DNA of 64,000 nucleotides from a virus (IMGVR_UViG_3300014205_000172:160001-224000); one strand, 5' to 3'. Positions 9,064 to 19,031 are shown, counted from the first letter of the stretch. The notes: generated from the sequence alone by a model not told the origin. Translations and numbers: made by a program.

Positions 9064-9567
9064 ATGACACAGTTTAAAGTAGCACTCGTTGAGCAATCTC
9101 TTGGTGTTCCTTATCTGTACACCTGCATCAAGTTTGATTCGTCCACCGATCTGTTTTGTTTGGTTGAGGGCGATACGTTCACAGACGCCTTGAACCGCGA
9201 TCTGGAGTTCCGTCCATTCTATCCACCGATCGAACTGGGTCTACGATCTGGAAGCGTCAGTGAGAAAACAAGTAGCATCATGAGCATCAATCCATTTGAT
9301 CGCCCTAACCTCCTGGGGTTCAAACTAACCCAAGAGCAGATCTGTGAGATGATCGTATTACCTGTTCCTGCATTGGGCGACGATCACTTCATTGTGTTCT
9401 GCAGCAACATGAAGCTGATCTACAAGAACCTGTACGGTGGCCTCACACAGCTGCCTATCAACCTCGCTCAGGCGTGTGATGTCTCTATCAACCCTACGCG
9501 TAGCCTGATGGCGATGTCGGGCTTCGGTGAGATCATAGGCGTCTTGGCTGACGCTGAACTGCTCTAA
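9064..9567 (+). CDS. Hypothetical protein
   Basis: AGGAG RBS. Confidence 0.7.
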   Translation: MTQFKVALVEQSLGVPYLYTCIKFDSSTDLFCLVEGDTFTDALNRDLEFRPFYPPIELGLRSGSVSEKTSSIMSINPFDRPNLLGFKLTQEQICEMIVLPVPALGDDHFIVFCSNMKLIYKNLYGGLTQLPINLAQACDVSINPTRSLMAMSGFGEIIGVLADAELL

Positions 9568-9577
9568 GGAGAAGATC

Positions 9578-10042
9578 ATGACTTTTGTAAAACACCAAGG
9601 TATCGACCCACGAATTGATTATTGGGTGGACGTTGATCGCGATGCCCTGACTGTGGTTGTGAACGCTAGCGATGTAGAAGTGGCGATCATGTTTTATTCA
9701 GATCCTGACACCGTTCCAAAGGAACAGATCCTGAAAGAAATGCAGGACCTTTATGCTGACCGCCCAGTCAGTTTCTCTAAGGACACTGACAAGTATCAGG
9801 CAGCTCTCAGGAAAATGGGTTATGGCGTGATTCCACACGAGGAAAGGGTCCGTCAGAAAGAAATCATCCTAGTGGGTGCCGCTAACTATAACCTTTACGC
9901 TAACCATTTCCTTACAGGTGGCGAACCTACTCAGTTCCGAACAGTTCTGAAAGTACGCCCCCTCGAACCGCGCCGACCACCGCCGGTAAGCCCAACTGGC
10001 GTTAACCGTCAGGGTAAACCTGCCAAACACTGGCAACGTTAA
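9578..10042 (+). CDS. Hypothetical protein
   Basis: AAGGAG RBS; basic tail RQGKPAKHWQR. Confidence 0.7.
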   Translation: MTFVKHQGIDPRIDYWVDVDRDALTVVVNASDVEVAIMFYSDPDTVPKEQILKEMQDLYADRPVSFSKDTDKYQAALRKMGYGVIPHEERVRQKEIILVGAANYNLYANHFLTGGEPTQFRTVLKVRPLEPRRPPPVSPTGVNRQGKPAKHWQR

Positions 10043-10185
10043 TGACGGGCCTCAAACGACACCTGGCCTTCTTAGCGTTATCTCTGTCGATCGCTGCCAT
10101 CAAATACGAGAGCACATCTAAGAAGCGCCCCAAGTTCGGGGACAAAGGACGCACCGGTAAACCGCTGAAAGGTTGGCAGAAGTAA
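10042..10185 (+). CDS. 47-aa microprotein not in the ORF track
   Basis: TAATG-coupled; MTGLKRHLAFLALSLSIAAIKYESTSKKRPKFGDKGRTGKPLKGWQK. Confidence 0.55.
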   Translation: MTGLKRHLAFLALSLSIAAIKYESTSKKRPKFGDKGRTGKPLKGWQK

Positions 10186-10241
10186 ACCTCTGTGAGTCCT
10201 ACATTACTTACTAGACATATGCTCATTAAGGGAGGTGTGAA

Positions 10242-10832
10242 ATGTTAAGTCTTGAATCACGACGGTACATTAAAGATGCATCCGCGCGTTTTGATGTTAT
10301 CGTCAATGTGATTAAACAACAGCTGGTGGAAAAGCCGTCAGAGTTTTGGGAGGCTGTTGCTTACGCCCTGGAAGATTATCGTAACCATGTCCATGGCGCA
10401 TGGCTGACCAATACGGTTCTTGAAATCGGGGATGGTACAACTGAGGTTTGTTGTTCGGTCTGCAGCATCCTGGTTACCTGTGACGACCCAAAGAAAGTAG
10501 TTGAGTATCGGTATTCCAGTCTGGCTGTGCCTCACCTTATACAGCCGTTTACGGAAGCCGCCATCAGAAAGGTTGATGAAGAAGTCGCCGCACAGTCTTT
10601 TATTAACAGGCAGCCGATGGGGCGGATCTGGTGGACGGGTGTCAAGCGGTTGCTTGGAAAAGGTTGGGTTGCCTCCGTTTATAATTTCGACCCAGAAAGT
10701 CGCAAGCTGACCACTCAGCTCTTGAGCCCCTGCAAGTTGAAGCTTATTACAGTTGTCCTCGACTATGCGGTAATCGCTGAAGAAAGTGAGTGGCTTCACG
10801 AAGCAGTAACAAAAAAGGATACCGAACAATGA
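10242..10832 (+). CDS. Hypothetical protein
   Basis: GGAGG RBS; promoter-like motif at about 10193. Confidence 0.7.
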   Translation: MLSLESRRYIKDASARFDVIVNVIKQQLVEKPSEFWEAVAYALEDYRNHVHGAWLTNTVLEIGDGTTEVCCSVCSILVTCDDPKKVVEYRYSSLAVPHLIQPFTEAAIRKVDEEVAAQSFINRQPMGRIWWTGVKRLLGKGWVASVYNFDPESRKLTTQLLSPCKLKLITVVLDYAVIAEESEWLHEAVTKKDTEQ

Positions 10833-11356
10833 TCACAGTAACTCAAAATCGCAACAAAGGCGGTGGGGACGTTTACAACAGCGAGCAGTCGTGGACGTTA
10901 AGTAAGTCGCTTAACGTACTCATTAGCTGCGAGCTGGGCTTCGGCGGGCAGTTGATGGAAGTCACGCCAACGCGTGTTGTTGTACAGACTGATGTCATGG
11001 GCTGTATTGACATCACGATCTTCGAAGGTACTGAAGAAGCAATGGTCATGCTCGTTAAGACGGCGCACATTGCTAACCACGTCCGTCATCTTTCCATGTC
11101 GACTGATAACATTAACCACATTGCTAAAAACCTTGTGGACTTCTCCGAAGGTAGTCCTGCTGTTATTGCAATGGCCGCCGGTATGTTCATCGGCGCGGGT
11201 ATTGTTAAAGGTACTATCATCGCGTTACTTGCGGGTGACGATGAGTCTGTACTACCGCAGCTCAGTGCTTTCAGTAAAGACATGTTGCTGACCCTGCTGG
11301 AACTGCATATCGAAAGCAACGTGTCTTGCCGAGAGTTAATCGAGCTGGCTTCTTAG
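10829..11356 (+). CDS. Hypothetical protein
   Basis: ATGA overlap. Confidence 0.7.
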   Translation: MITVTQNRNKGGGDVYNSEQSWTLSKSLNVLISCELGFGGQLMEVTPTRVVVQTDVMGCIDITIFEGTEEAMVMLVKTAHIANHVRHLSMSTDNINHIAKNLVDFSEGSPAVIAMAAGMFIGAGIVKGTIIALLAGDDESVLPQLSAFSKDMLLTLLELHIESNVSCRELIELAS

Positions 11357-11368
11357 AAGGAATGAAGC

Positions 11369-11695
11369 ATGACCATTCGCAACGTAACGGTCACTAAACG
11401 TGAGCCGGTAGAAGCGCTTGAAATCGAGATCGAACTGCGTGGCACCAACCGAGCCGGTAAGACCCTGATCGCAGCCATGATTCAAGAAGCCCTCGAACAT
11501 GCTGGCTTTAAAGACGTAACAATTATTTCCGCTGACGGTGATGCTGAAAAGACCCGTCGTCGTTTACCTCGTGTTGATCTTCGTGATCAGCGTTGCTGCA
11601 ATACCACCATCCGCATCCTGGATGAGAACAAACCAATCACTATCAAGAAAACGCTTCTTGAGAAGTTGGTAACCAGCTTATCCTCTAGTCGTTAA
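11369..11695 (+). CDS. Small P-loop-containing protein
   Basis: IELRGTNRAGKTLIA Walker A-like motif. Confidence 0.55.
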   Translation: MTIRNVTVTKREPVEALEIEIELRGTNRAGKTLIAAMIQEALEHAGFKDVTIISADGDAEKTRRRLPRVDLRDQRCCNTTIRILDENKPITIKKTLLEKLVTSLSSSR

Positions 11696-11800
11696 GCTCG
11701 AACAATACCCTTTTAAACATTCCTGCTGATTCGTATACCTTCATCATCAACAAGAAGGCTGCGGCTATTTCTCACGCGGCTTTATGTAAGTGAGGTTATC

Positions 11801-12136
11801 ATGGCTACTCTTTCTGTTACCGTCGCCAATGGCGAAGAGTTGGTAAGAAAGGCTTTAGAAAACTTCCGTCAGAACGACTACCTGACGCGTGCTCATGTGG
11901 CAGAGTTCATCGAAAAGATGGGCGAGAACAAAAGCGATGTGATTCAACTCCATCACGGCACCGTGCAGCATCCAGGTGATCTGTTCCGTGATGAGGTGGT
12001 CCTCATGAATGAAGGTGTGGTCTTGCACAGGGTCCCTATCGGCGACTATTATCGCAAGCAAGAACGTCCTGTAACCAATAAACCAGAATGGTCTAAAGAG
12101 ATCAACTGGGATCGTAAATTTAAGGATGGTAAATGA
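11801..12136 (+). CDS. Hypothetical protein
   Basis: GAGG RBS. Confidence 0.7.
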   Translation: MATLSVTVANGEELVRKALENFRQNDYLTRAHVAEFIEKMGENKSDVIQLHHGTVQHPGDLFRDEVVLMNEGVVLHRVPIGDYYRKQERPVTNKPEWSKEINWDRKFKDGK

Positions 12137-12435
12137 TGTCCCTGAGCAAACAATTGAAGATCTTCAACAAAGCCATGATGTCTAAACACATCGCGTTGAA
12201 GAAGGCGGGCGTCAACGTCCTGACCATCAGTGAAGAAGAGCTGCTTAACCGCATCGCTGACCTGTTGATGAACGTCGAGAACGAACCTGACTGGATGGTG
12301 ACTCTCGCGCTGTACGCCTTCGCCTCCAGCAAGTCTGAGTTTGCACCGGCTCAGCTGATCGCTCAACACATGGCCAGCGCGGCCAGCGATGTGGACGACG
12401 CCATTGCACTGCCTGATGATGAGGTCCTTAAATGA
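12133..12435 (+). CDS. Hypothetical protein
   Basis: Overlap coupling. Confidence 0.7.
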   Translation: MMSLSKQLKIFNKAMMSKHIALKKAGVNVLTISEEELLNRIADLLMNVENEPDWMVTLALYAFASSKSEFAPAQLIAQHMASAASDVDDAIALPDDEVLK

Positions 12436-12722
12436 CGGAAGTTACACCAGGGGCTGAAACGGTTCGTTCCGGTCGCGGTTTAAAATTTCTTCATGGATTA
12501 CTTGAAGATTTGACCAACGAGGGAACCGAACAAAGTACATCGGTCGTTGGCTGGTTGTCAGTAGTCCTCTACCCATCCGATCCGGATGAGGAAAACCCTC
12601 GGGATCTGACTTACCTGTTGATGAAGTCAACATCTCCAGATGGTCGGTGGCGGTACGTATTGGACATCACCTTCCCTGATTCTGATGAAACCATCACCAT
12701 CAAATCAATCCGCAGTAAATAG
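12432..12722 (+). CDS. Hypothetical protein
   Basis: ATGA overlap; weak similarity to next ORF (LLxKxTxPD..R). Confidence 0.65.
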   Translation: MTEVTPGAETVRSGRGLKFLHGLLEDLTNEGTEQSTSVVGWLSVVLYPSDPDEENPRDLTYLLMKSTSPDGRWRYVLDITFPDSDETITIKSIRSK

Positions 12723-12733
12723 AGGCTACTTCC

Positions 12734-13021
12734 ATGTCAGTTAAAGTTTCGTTTGACCGCGAAGTCATCATGACCGTAGTGGGCGAATTGGGCTGTGCTC
12801 AACTCAACCTCTATCTGTTGGAAAACCCAACCGCTGCGCACGAGTATCTTCAGGACGGTCTGGAGTTGCTGCTGATCGCTGACCAGAGCGGTGAGACGTT
12901 GAAGAACTGTGAGGCTTTGCTTGTAAAGGAAACCTACCCAGATAGCACTTACCGCATGGCGGTGCTTGTCAACATCGAGGGTGGTTCCAGCATCGGCATC
13001 TACGCCCCATTCGAGAAGTAA
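12734..13021 (+). CDS. Hypothetical protein
   Basis: GAGG RBS. Confidence 0.65.
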   Translation: MSVKVSFDREVIMTVVGELGCAQLNLYLLENPTAAHEYLQDGLELLLIADQSGETLKNCEALLVKETYPDSTYRMAVLVNIEGGSSIGIYAPFEK

Positions 13022-13082
13022 CAACATAGCGCCCACGGACAAGCCGTGAGCGTTTACCTTTTGTATTTTTGAGTAAGTCACG

Positions 13083-13661
13083 ATGTATAATGCCTCTACC
13101 GCAATGGAGCGCTTAGCGCTAATTTTTGCATTCCACTCTGACCGTAAAGAACTCAAGAAGATCATTACACGGTTCCGTAAGTACTGCTGCAATCAGGTCC
13201 GTGACGATATCATCAAACCCATTCTGGATGCCGAAGACTACAGCGAGCATTTCGAATACCTCGAATCCCTCTACGCTCAGTTTAAAGTCCTGGGCGAGAA
13301 GTTTGCAGAAGAAGGTCATCCCGCTATGGTTGTGGTCGGCGATGATGCATATCCCGTCCAGATCACGCTGATGAACTCAAAACAGCGGATGTTGATGTAC
13401 GAAGGCCTCACCACCGAGAAGGCTAGTGAAGAAATTAAGCAAGATCGGTTCTGGGCGCTCAACAACGAATATGAACTGCAGTTGTCTGCAGGTCATTCGG
13501 TAATGAACGTTCTCGGCCTCGATCTGCTGTACTTCAAAGTACAGTTGTTTGAAAGCAAAGGCTTCTCTGGCACTATTGCCGATCTGGGCGTGCAGCGCGT
13601 TGAAGGCGCCGCTATTCACAAACCTGGACAATCATCCTACATTCAAGGGGATCGGGTATGA
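13083..13661 (+). CDS. Hypothetical protein
   Basis: Long ORF in operon. Confidence 0.7.
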   Translation: MYNASTAMERLALIFAFHSDRKELKKIITRFRKYCCNQVRDDIIKPILDAEDYSEHFEYLESLYAQFKVLGEKFAEEGHPAMVVVGDDAYPVQITLMNSKQRMLMYEGLTTEKASEEIKQDRFWALNNEYELQLSAGHSVMNVLGLDLLYFKVQLFESKGFSGTIADLGVQRVEGAAIHKPGQSSYIQGDRV

Positions 13662-14068
13662 GCAACGAAGCTGAAGAATCATTGTCTCTGACTCTGGAAC
13701 AGGAGCTGAAACTCATCAGCCATGCCTACGCCGGCACTAGCGATATCGAAGCCAAAGAAGAACTGGAAGAGATGCGCGACTTGATCAAGCACTCCCCTCC
13801 CGATGATCCTGCGCGTAAACGTGCAGAACGTAACCTTCCGAAGCTGGAAGAGTACATCGATCTCTACAACCGGCGTGCGGTTTACGGCGTAGCTCAGGTG
13901 ATCGACTTACCTAAGCTTCAAACCATCAGTCGCGCCGAGCGGGGTTCTTTGACAGACCGAAAACCACACATCACTGTCATCAATGAAGTGCATTTCCATG
14001 ACCTTGCACCGGGTAGTAAAGAGCCAGTCAGCGATGTCTTCAAAGCATTCTTTGAGGGTAAGAAATGA
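13658..14068 (+). CDS. Hypothetical protein
   Basis: ATGA overlap. Confidence 0.7.
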   Translation: MSNEAEESLSLTLEQELKLISHAYAGTSDIEAKEELEEMRDLIKHSPPDDPARKRAERNLPKLEEYIDLYNRRAVYGVAQVIDLPKLQTISRAERGSLTDRKPHITVINEVHFHDLAPGSKEPVSDVFKAFFEGKK

Positions 14069-14742
14069 GTATCATCCACAAAGATAAACCTTATTGCGTG
14101 GTAGTGTTGACCCACCGCGCTACGGGTCTGTTTCATCTGGTGCTCACCACACTGACCCCGTCCGCGTATGACGTGTCGTCCATGATTGCGTATATGAACG
14201 ACTTCGCCAAGCGTACTCACCGCATCAACAACTACGCCCTGCGTGAGTTTCTCAACACCTATGCGCCTGTAAGTGCCGGTGACTTCGATCAGCGGTTTCT
14301 GTGCCATGACGTGACGCATGAGGTGGCCAAAGCAATAGCGATCACTACAGCGCACGCTATGGGCGCTGGTAAGCTGTTGACTGCTCACACGGTAAAGCCT
14401 GCGGCATGGGAGCTGAATCTCATGGCCAAGATGCGGATGCAGAAAGATCTTCCAAGTCCTTATACGAAGCCTGTAACGAACCAGCCCGTATATAGTCCAA
14501 CGTTGACATCCGCTGAAACATCGCCCATCACCAAGGCTCAGTACGACTACATGTGCCAGCATGTCTGCAACGGTATAAAGCCTCTGCAGTTGGATGAAGA
14601 ACTCAAGCTTCATCAGAGCACCGTTGATACCTGTGATCCTCAGTTGCCGGCGTGGGCATGGGCGAAGAACCGTATTGATGAAATCCGCGAGTACGGTTCT
14701 TTGTACCTTGCGTATGTGACGTACGGTAAATATCTTTTTTAA
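14065..14742 (+). CDS. Degenerate GIY-YIG-like domain protein
   Basis: YCVVVLTHRATGLFH...AK...A..MG...LLT resembles C-half of 31235-31933. Confidence 0.45.
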   Translation: MSIIHKDKPYCVVVLTHRATGLFHLVLTTLTPSAYDVSSMIAYMNDFAKRTHRINNYALREFLNTYAPVSAGDFDQRFLCHDVTHEVAKAIAITTAHAMGAGKLLTAHTVKPAAWELNLMAKMRMQKDLPSPYTKPVTNQPVYSPTLTSAETSPITKAQYDYMCQHVCNGIKPLQLDEELKLHQSTVDTCDPQLPAWAWAKNRIDEIREYGSLYLAYVTYGKYLF

Positions 14743-14759
14743 TTAGGGGTAATTATTAG

Positions 14760-15278
14760 ATGAAATATCCTGATGGCGATCCAAATCTGGATTTGACTGA
14801 TCTTCGTATCGACGACCCGTTGTTGACCGGCGTGGTGTTGGATTGGGCGCTTGCAAAAGCAACGGAAGGCTTACCGATCTTTAACATGCACGATGGTACC
14901 TATCCCGGCAATAATGCAAAGCTGATTTACTGCTCGGAACAGCGTGCCGTCATTGTCGATCTGGAATGGAAACTCTGGCACGAGGGTCCTGACTCAAGGA
15001 TTAATGGCCGCTGGGAACCTACCCGAAACTGGGCACAGCTTGGCCCGTATCTCAACAAATACAAAATCTCCACAAGCTACGGGAGCGCTGCAGGGTCATT
15101 AAACATGGCCTCCATTAAGGGTCTTTCACCAACGAAAGGCTGTGAACGGATGGAGGACGCAATAGCTCTGACAGTTGTTTATCACGCCTTCGGTAAAGAA
15201 ATCCGCGTACCAACAAAACTTCTGGAGATCCAAAAGATGCTCACAGAAGACAATATAAAATACATCCTGACATCGTAA
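14760..15278 (+). CDS. NinX/DUF2591-like phage protein
   Basis: LTGVVLDWALAKA ... WEPTRNWAQLGPYL pattern. Confidence 0.6.
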   Translation: MKYPDGDPNLDLTDLRIDDPLLTGVVLDWALAKATEGLPIFNMHDGTYPGNNAKLIYCSEQRAVIVDLEWKLWHEGPDSRINGRWEPTRNWAQLGPYLNKYKISTSYGSAAGSLNMASIKGLSPTKGCERMEDAIALTVVYHAFGKEIRVPTKLLEIQKMLTEDNIKYILTS

Positions 15279-15289
15279 GGGGTTTAACC

Positions 15290-16027
15290 ATGCTCGAACA
15301 AATCTGCATTTATAAGTGGGAAGATCTGCTGGCTTGGATCACTTCGGTCGAACACAATTTCTGCAGCCAGGTCACCGGCAAGTTTACCACAACTGTGAAA
15401 GTCGGCGCCATGTGGCAGCACCATACCGTCGAACTGCAAGTCACCGATGATCTCCAGGCCGTCATGGACAACATGACCAAGATCGTCACCAAAATAATGC
15501 ATGCGAAGATGGTGATCGGCAGTTTGTTCATCTCACTACCGGAACAAGGCAAGGTCCTGGTAATCGCTAACCCTGAACAGATGGCTGAAGAAGAAGCCCG
15601 CGTGAACAGCACGACGTTCCGTTTTGTTAAACACCTTCCTGCATATGTTGAGGCTGATTGCCAAAACGTTACAGCCACCTCGAAAGAGGCTTTGCTTGAC
15701 TTCGGTTTTGTTCGCCGTTTCTCCGAACGCCCTGGGTTCCACCAGTTTGCGGCCAGCGGGTTTGAAACAGATCCGAAGACCGGTAAGTTATACATTACCC
15801 TGGTGGCTGAGCTTGATGAAGGCTACGAGTGGTTCGTGGTGGGTTACGTCTACGCTGACCTTGAAATGCTGACCAGTCTTGATTTCCCGCTGTGGGTACC
15901 CAAGTACCGTGAAGCAGAAGCTCGTCAGAACGAAACCATGAACTACAAGCAACCTGTGCCATTGAGCGCTCTGATTGCTAGTGGTGTGGTCAGCGTTACC
16001 CAGGGTCCCAAAGTGGCGGACGATTAA
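15290..16027 (+). CDS. Hypothetical protein
   Basis: Long ORF with RBS. Confidence 0.75.
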   Translation: MLEQICIYKWEDLLAWITSVEHNFCSQVTGKFTTTVKVGAMWQHHTVELQVTDDLQAVMDNMTKIVTKIMHAKMVIGSLFISLPEQGKVLVIANPEQMAEEEARVNSTTFRFVKHLPAYVEADCQNVTATSKEALLDFGFVRRFSERPGFHQFAASGFETDPKTGKLYITLVAELDEGYEWFVVGYVYADLEMLTSLDFPLWVPKYREAEARQNETMNYKQPVPLSALIASGVVSVTQGPKVADD

Positions 16028-16396
16028 ATGACTGAAGTTCTGATCAACGGCGTGCGGTTCGTACCGGCGCCGATTGTTTGCGAGAATCCAGAGCTGCTCG
16101 ATTTCGAATGGGACTTCCGCGATGTAGGCAAGGCGCGCATCCGCGATTTCCTTTGTCAGCTTCTGCTGACTCTTTGGGAAAAGGGCGAAAGGTTCGACGG
16201 CAAATGGCCATGGGGTAATAGCGGCTGGCAGTGGGATTTCTACGAAGCCCTTGTTGCCGCTAAAGCTGTCGAGGGCGACATTGACGTCAACGCATTTGGC
16301 TGGGAAAAGGGCGATGGTAATCGCGAGAAGGCTTTCGATATCACGATGGGCCTGATCACCGCCATGTGTTCAACTCCTGCTGACGGTAAGTCCTAG
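16028..16396 (+). CDS. Hypothetical protein, tandem paralog A
   Basis: LLDFEW..IRDFL..LW..FDGKWPWGNSGW. Confidence 0.75.
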   Translation: MTEVLINGVRFVPAPIVCENPELLDFEWDFRDVGKARIRDFLCQLLLTLWEKGERFDGKWPWGNSGWQWDFYEALVAAKAVEGDIDVNAFGWEKGDGNREKAFDITMGLITAMCSTPADGKS

Positions 16397-16404
16397 GGGT
16401 CGCT

Positions 16405-16731
16405 ATGGCAACTGAGCTAACTCACGACGAACTGCTTGATCTTGAATGGCAGTTCGAAAAAGGCGGTCCTAAATCGTCCATCCGCAATTACCTTCAAAGC
16501 TTGTTGATTCATCTTTGGCAAGCTAAGTCAAACTTTGACAGCAAACGCCCATTTGGTAAATCCTCTTGGGAGTTTCAACTGTACGCTGCACTGATTGGCG
16601 CGAAGGCGATCGCTGGGACTGTTGATAGCGACGGGCTTGTTGAAACGATATTTACTGAGGACTTAGCTAAGGCTGATGAGTTGATCGAACAGCTTATCAT
16701 CACCATGTGTAAATCCTCTGGTAACCAATAG
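16405..16731 (+). CDS. Hypothetical protein, tandem paralog B
   Basis: LLDLEW..IRNYL..LW..FDSKRPFGKSSW. Confidence 0.75.
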   Translation: MATELTHDELLDLEWQFEKGGPKSSIRNYLQSLLIHLWQAKSNFDSKRPFGKSSWEFQLYAALIGAKAIAGTVDSDGLVETIFTEDLAKADELIEQLIITMCKSSGNQ

Positions 16732-16740
16732 GGGCTACTA

Positions 16741-17193
16741 ATGGGCGGTCGTGATCCAAATAAAAAACCAACGTCGAAAGACTTCTTGGGTGATCCAACC
16801 CGGATGATGGAAGCTGACTTTCGATGTGGCTACAGGGGTAAGGTCCGACGGGAATACGAGATGTTCCTTGATACAGACGGTTCGCGCAGTAAGTTTGTTG
16901 CGTATCGGGCTGTCCATGGCGGCATGATCGTGTGTCACACAATTCACCACCTGCGTCACCCAGATACAAACATTCGAATGATCGTGTGGTATTTACGCCG
17001 CGCTAAGTCCACGCCTGTACCACTCGTGGTTTGGGCGGGTAATGCGAAGGTCGAATTTCCAGAAGGTTCTCGCGATCCCGCCATGATCGAGATGACACCT
17101 AACCTCATGCAACGTCGCTACATGACAACGGGCGTGTGGCAGAAACCTCGCATCAAGCGCCCCTTCAGTTTCCCGCAGCCAATCGATCGCTAG
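16741..17193 (+). CDS. Hypothetical basic protein
   Basis: RBS; operon context. Confidence 0.65.
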   Translation: MGGRDPNKKPTSKDFLGDPTRMMEADFRCGYRGKVRREYEMFLDTDGSRSKFVAYRAVHGGMIVCHTIHHLRHPDTNIRMIVWYLRRAKSTPVPLVVWAGNAKVEFPEGSRDPAMIEMTPNLMQRRYMTTGVWQKPRIKRPFSFPQPIDR

Positions 17194-17201
17194 GAGGGTT
17201 T

Positions 17202-17432
17202 ATGACCATCGGTTCCCATCTCGACACAATGGAGCTTTGGAAACGAAAGCGTGCTCAAACGGCTGGCGTTACTTTACTTAAACCTGAGTCCGTTCCCAAC
17301 TACTCCGCCTACAACGCTGCAGTGGTTGAGTTAGACGCTCGTATTGAAGCAATGCGTCAGCTGCCGGAACCGCCAACTTCATTGTTGGAAGGTCTCCTGC
17401 TGCTTGGCGTTCCCGTAACCATTAAACAATAA
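17202..17432 (+). CDS. Hypothetical protein
   Basis: AGGAGG RBS. Confidence 0.65.
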   Translation: MTIGSHLDTMELWKRKRAQTAGVTLLKPESVPNYSAYNAAVVELDARIEAMRQLPEPPTSLLEGLLLLGVPVTIKQ

Positions 17433-17460
17433 CCCGCAATACCCACTAGGAAGTAAGACG

Positions 17461-18357
17461 ATGAAGAAAATGTTCTACGCTGTCCTGGCCTTGATGGCCA
17501 TCTCGTTCGGGGTACTTGCCTCTGAACCAAAAGAGCTGAAGTTCTGCACCGGCGCTGCTGAAGGTTACTACAGCCAAATCGGCCAGGTTGTTGGTACCGA
17601 GATCCAGTCCAACTCCAAAGGTCTGGTGGTGGTCAAGTTCGTCAACACCAAAGGTTCCGTCGATTCCGCCACTCGCCTGAAGTCCGGCGAGTGCGATATT
17701 GCGATCCTGCAAAACGATGCGGTAACCTCGCGTCCGATGCCGACTGACATCTCCACTACCGATGCTCACCAGGAAGCGATCTATTGGATTCATGGCAAGA
17801 ACAGCAAGGTCAAAGACTTTGCCGACCTGTCTGATAGCGACTACAAGAACATGGGCGTTGCCATTGTTGACGGCTCCGGCGCTGAAGTCACCCTGCGTAA
17901 CTTCGGCAATATCGACAAAGATTACAAAGATCTGAACATCGTCGGGTTCAAGAACTGGCGCTGGGCCGTCAAGGCTACTGCTGAAGGCAAGATCCGTAAG
18001 GGTGGTATTGACATCCCTATCGCTGGTCTGATCTACGTTGGCCGTCAAGGCAAGATCTCTGGCGAAATTACCGGTGAATTCAAAGAAGACCTGCGCATCG
18101 GCGAGATCGATGTCAGTGCTTTCAAGAAGGTTAAGGACTCGAACAGCAATCCGCTGTACGAGACCTGCGAGGTTCTCTCGACCAACGGTATCGAAACCTC
18201 TACCACACTGAGGCCGGACACCTATTGCCTGCGCGCTCAGTTCGTGTATAACAACGCGTTCTTCGAAGGCATGGACGAAAACGATGCTGAGCTTCTTCAG
18301 ACCGTCGTCGACAAGGCCATCGTGCGTAACGTGCGTCAGGCACAAGCGGTTAAGTAA
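17461..18357 (+). CDS. TAXI-family TRAP solute-binding protein (PBP2 fold)
   Basis: Signal peptide; CTGAAEGYY, TKGSVD, DIAILQND, GSG motifs. Confidence 0.75.
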   Translation: MKKMFYAVLALMAISFGVLASEPKELKFCTGAAEGYYSQIGQVVGTEIQSNSKGLVVVKFVNTKGSVDSATRLKSGECDIAILQNDAVTSRPMPTDISTTDAHQEAIYWIHGKNSKVKDFADLSDSDYKNMGVAIVDGSGAEVTLRNFGNIDKDYKDLNIVGFKNWRWAVKATAEGKIRKGGIDIPIAGLIYVGRQGKISGEITGEFKEDLRIGEIDVSAFKKVKDSNSNPLYETCEVLSTNGIETSTTLRPDTYCLRAQFVYNNAFFEGMDENDAELLQTVVDKAIVRNVRQAQAVK

Positions 18358-18568
18358 GTGAGCGTCACCGAAATACTCCAGACCTATCGCCGGTTGGTTA
18401 AACCTACCATGCTTGAGTATGCATCCTTGTCGAAACTGGCCAGGGATGTTTACAGCGAGGGTGGTGTCGTACAACTGACTCATGATAGCGCCGGTGGTGT
18501 GAAGTTGGAAATCATTGCGCCTAAAAGACGCAGGGTATCTAAAGCTACGTCCGCCGAGTAACTGTACG

Positions 18569-18612
18569 ACATATAGCCGGGGCATTGCCCCGGCTATATG
18601 CTTTCTTTTTTA
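18569..18612 (+). terminator. Intrinsic terminator (CATA...TATG family)
   Basis: catatagccggggc-att-gccccggctatatg plus T-tract. Confidence 0.8.
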
Positions 18613-18629
18613 CACAACTAGGTTTATTT

Positions 18630-19031
18630 ATGAACAACTTCAATGCAAACGAGATTGCCCTGATTGAGCGCTTTCGCAAACAACTGAACGACCTTAACAC
18701 TACCAGTGAAGCGCAACATGTCCTGATTAAAGAAAAGAAAGAGGATGCGGGTACTTCCATCAACCTTATGGTCCCTGTAAAAGTACCGGATCATTTCCTT
18801 AAGGAAGACGCGGATGCCGCGTTCCCGGACATTTACTTGTCTTACGATGAGGGTATTCATGAAATGTCTGAAATGTTACCGATCGGCTATTCGTTGAGAA
18901 CGCTTTCTGAACTGATGAAGATGATTGAAGATGTGGCTGGAGTAAAGCCACTGTTTATCAGACCGTCGTCGTCACCCACATCTCTGTTTATCTCAACTCC
19001 TCAAGTTCTTCTATTAATGGTGCTCGAATGA
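18630..19031 (+). CDS. Hypothetical protein
   Basis: ORF after terminator. Confidence 0.65.
   Translation: MNNFNANEIALIERFRKQLNDLNTTSEAQHVLIKEKKEDAGTSINLMVPVKVPDHFLKEDADAAFPDIYLSYDEGIHEMSEMLPIGYSLRTLSELMKMIEDVAGVKPLFIRPSSSPTSLFISTPQVLLLMVLE

Noticed and set aside
17446-18585. 379-aa - strand ORF
   Set aside because: Antisense shadow of the codon-biased TAXI gene.
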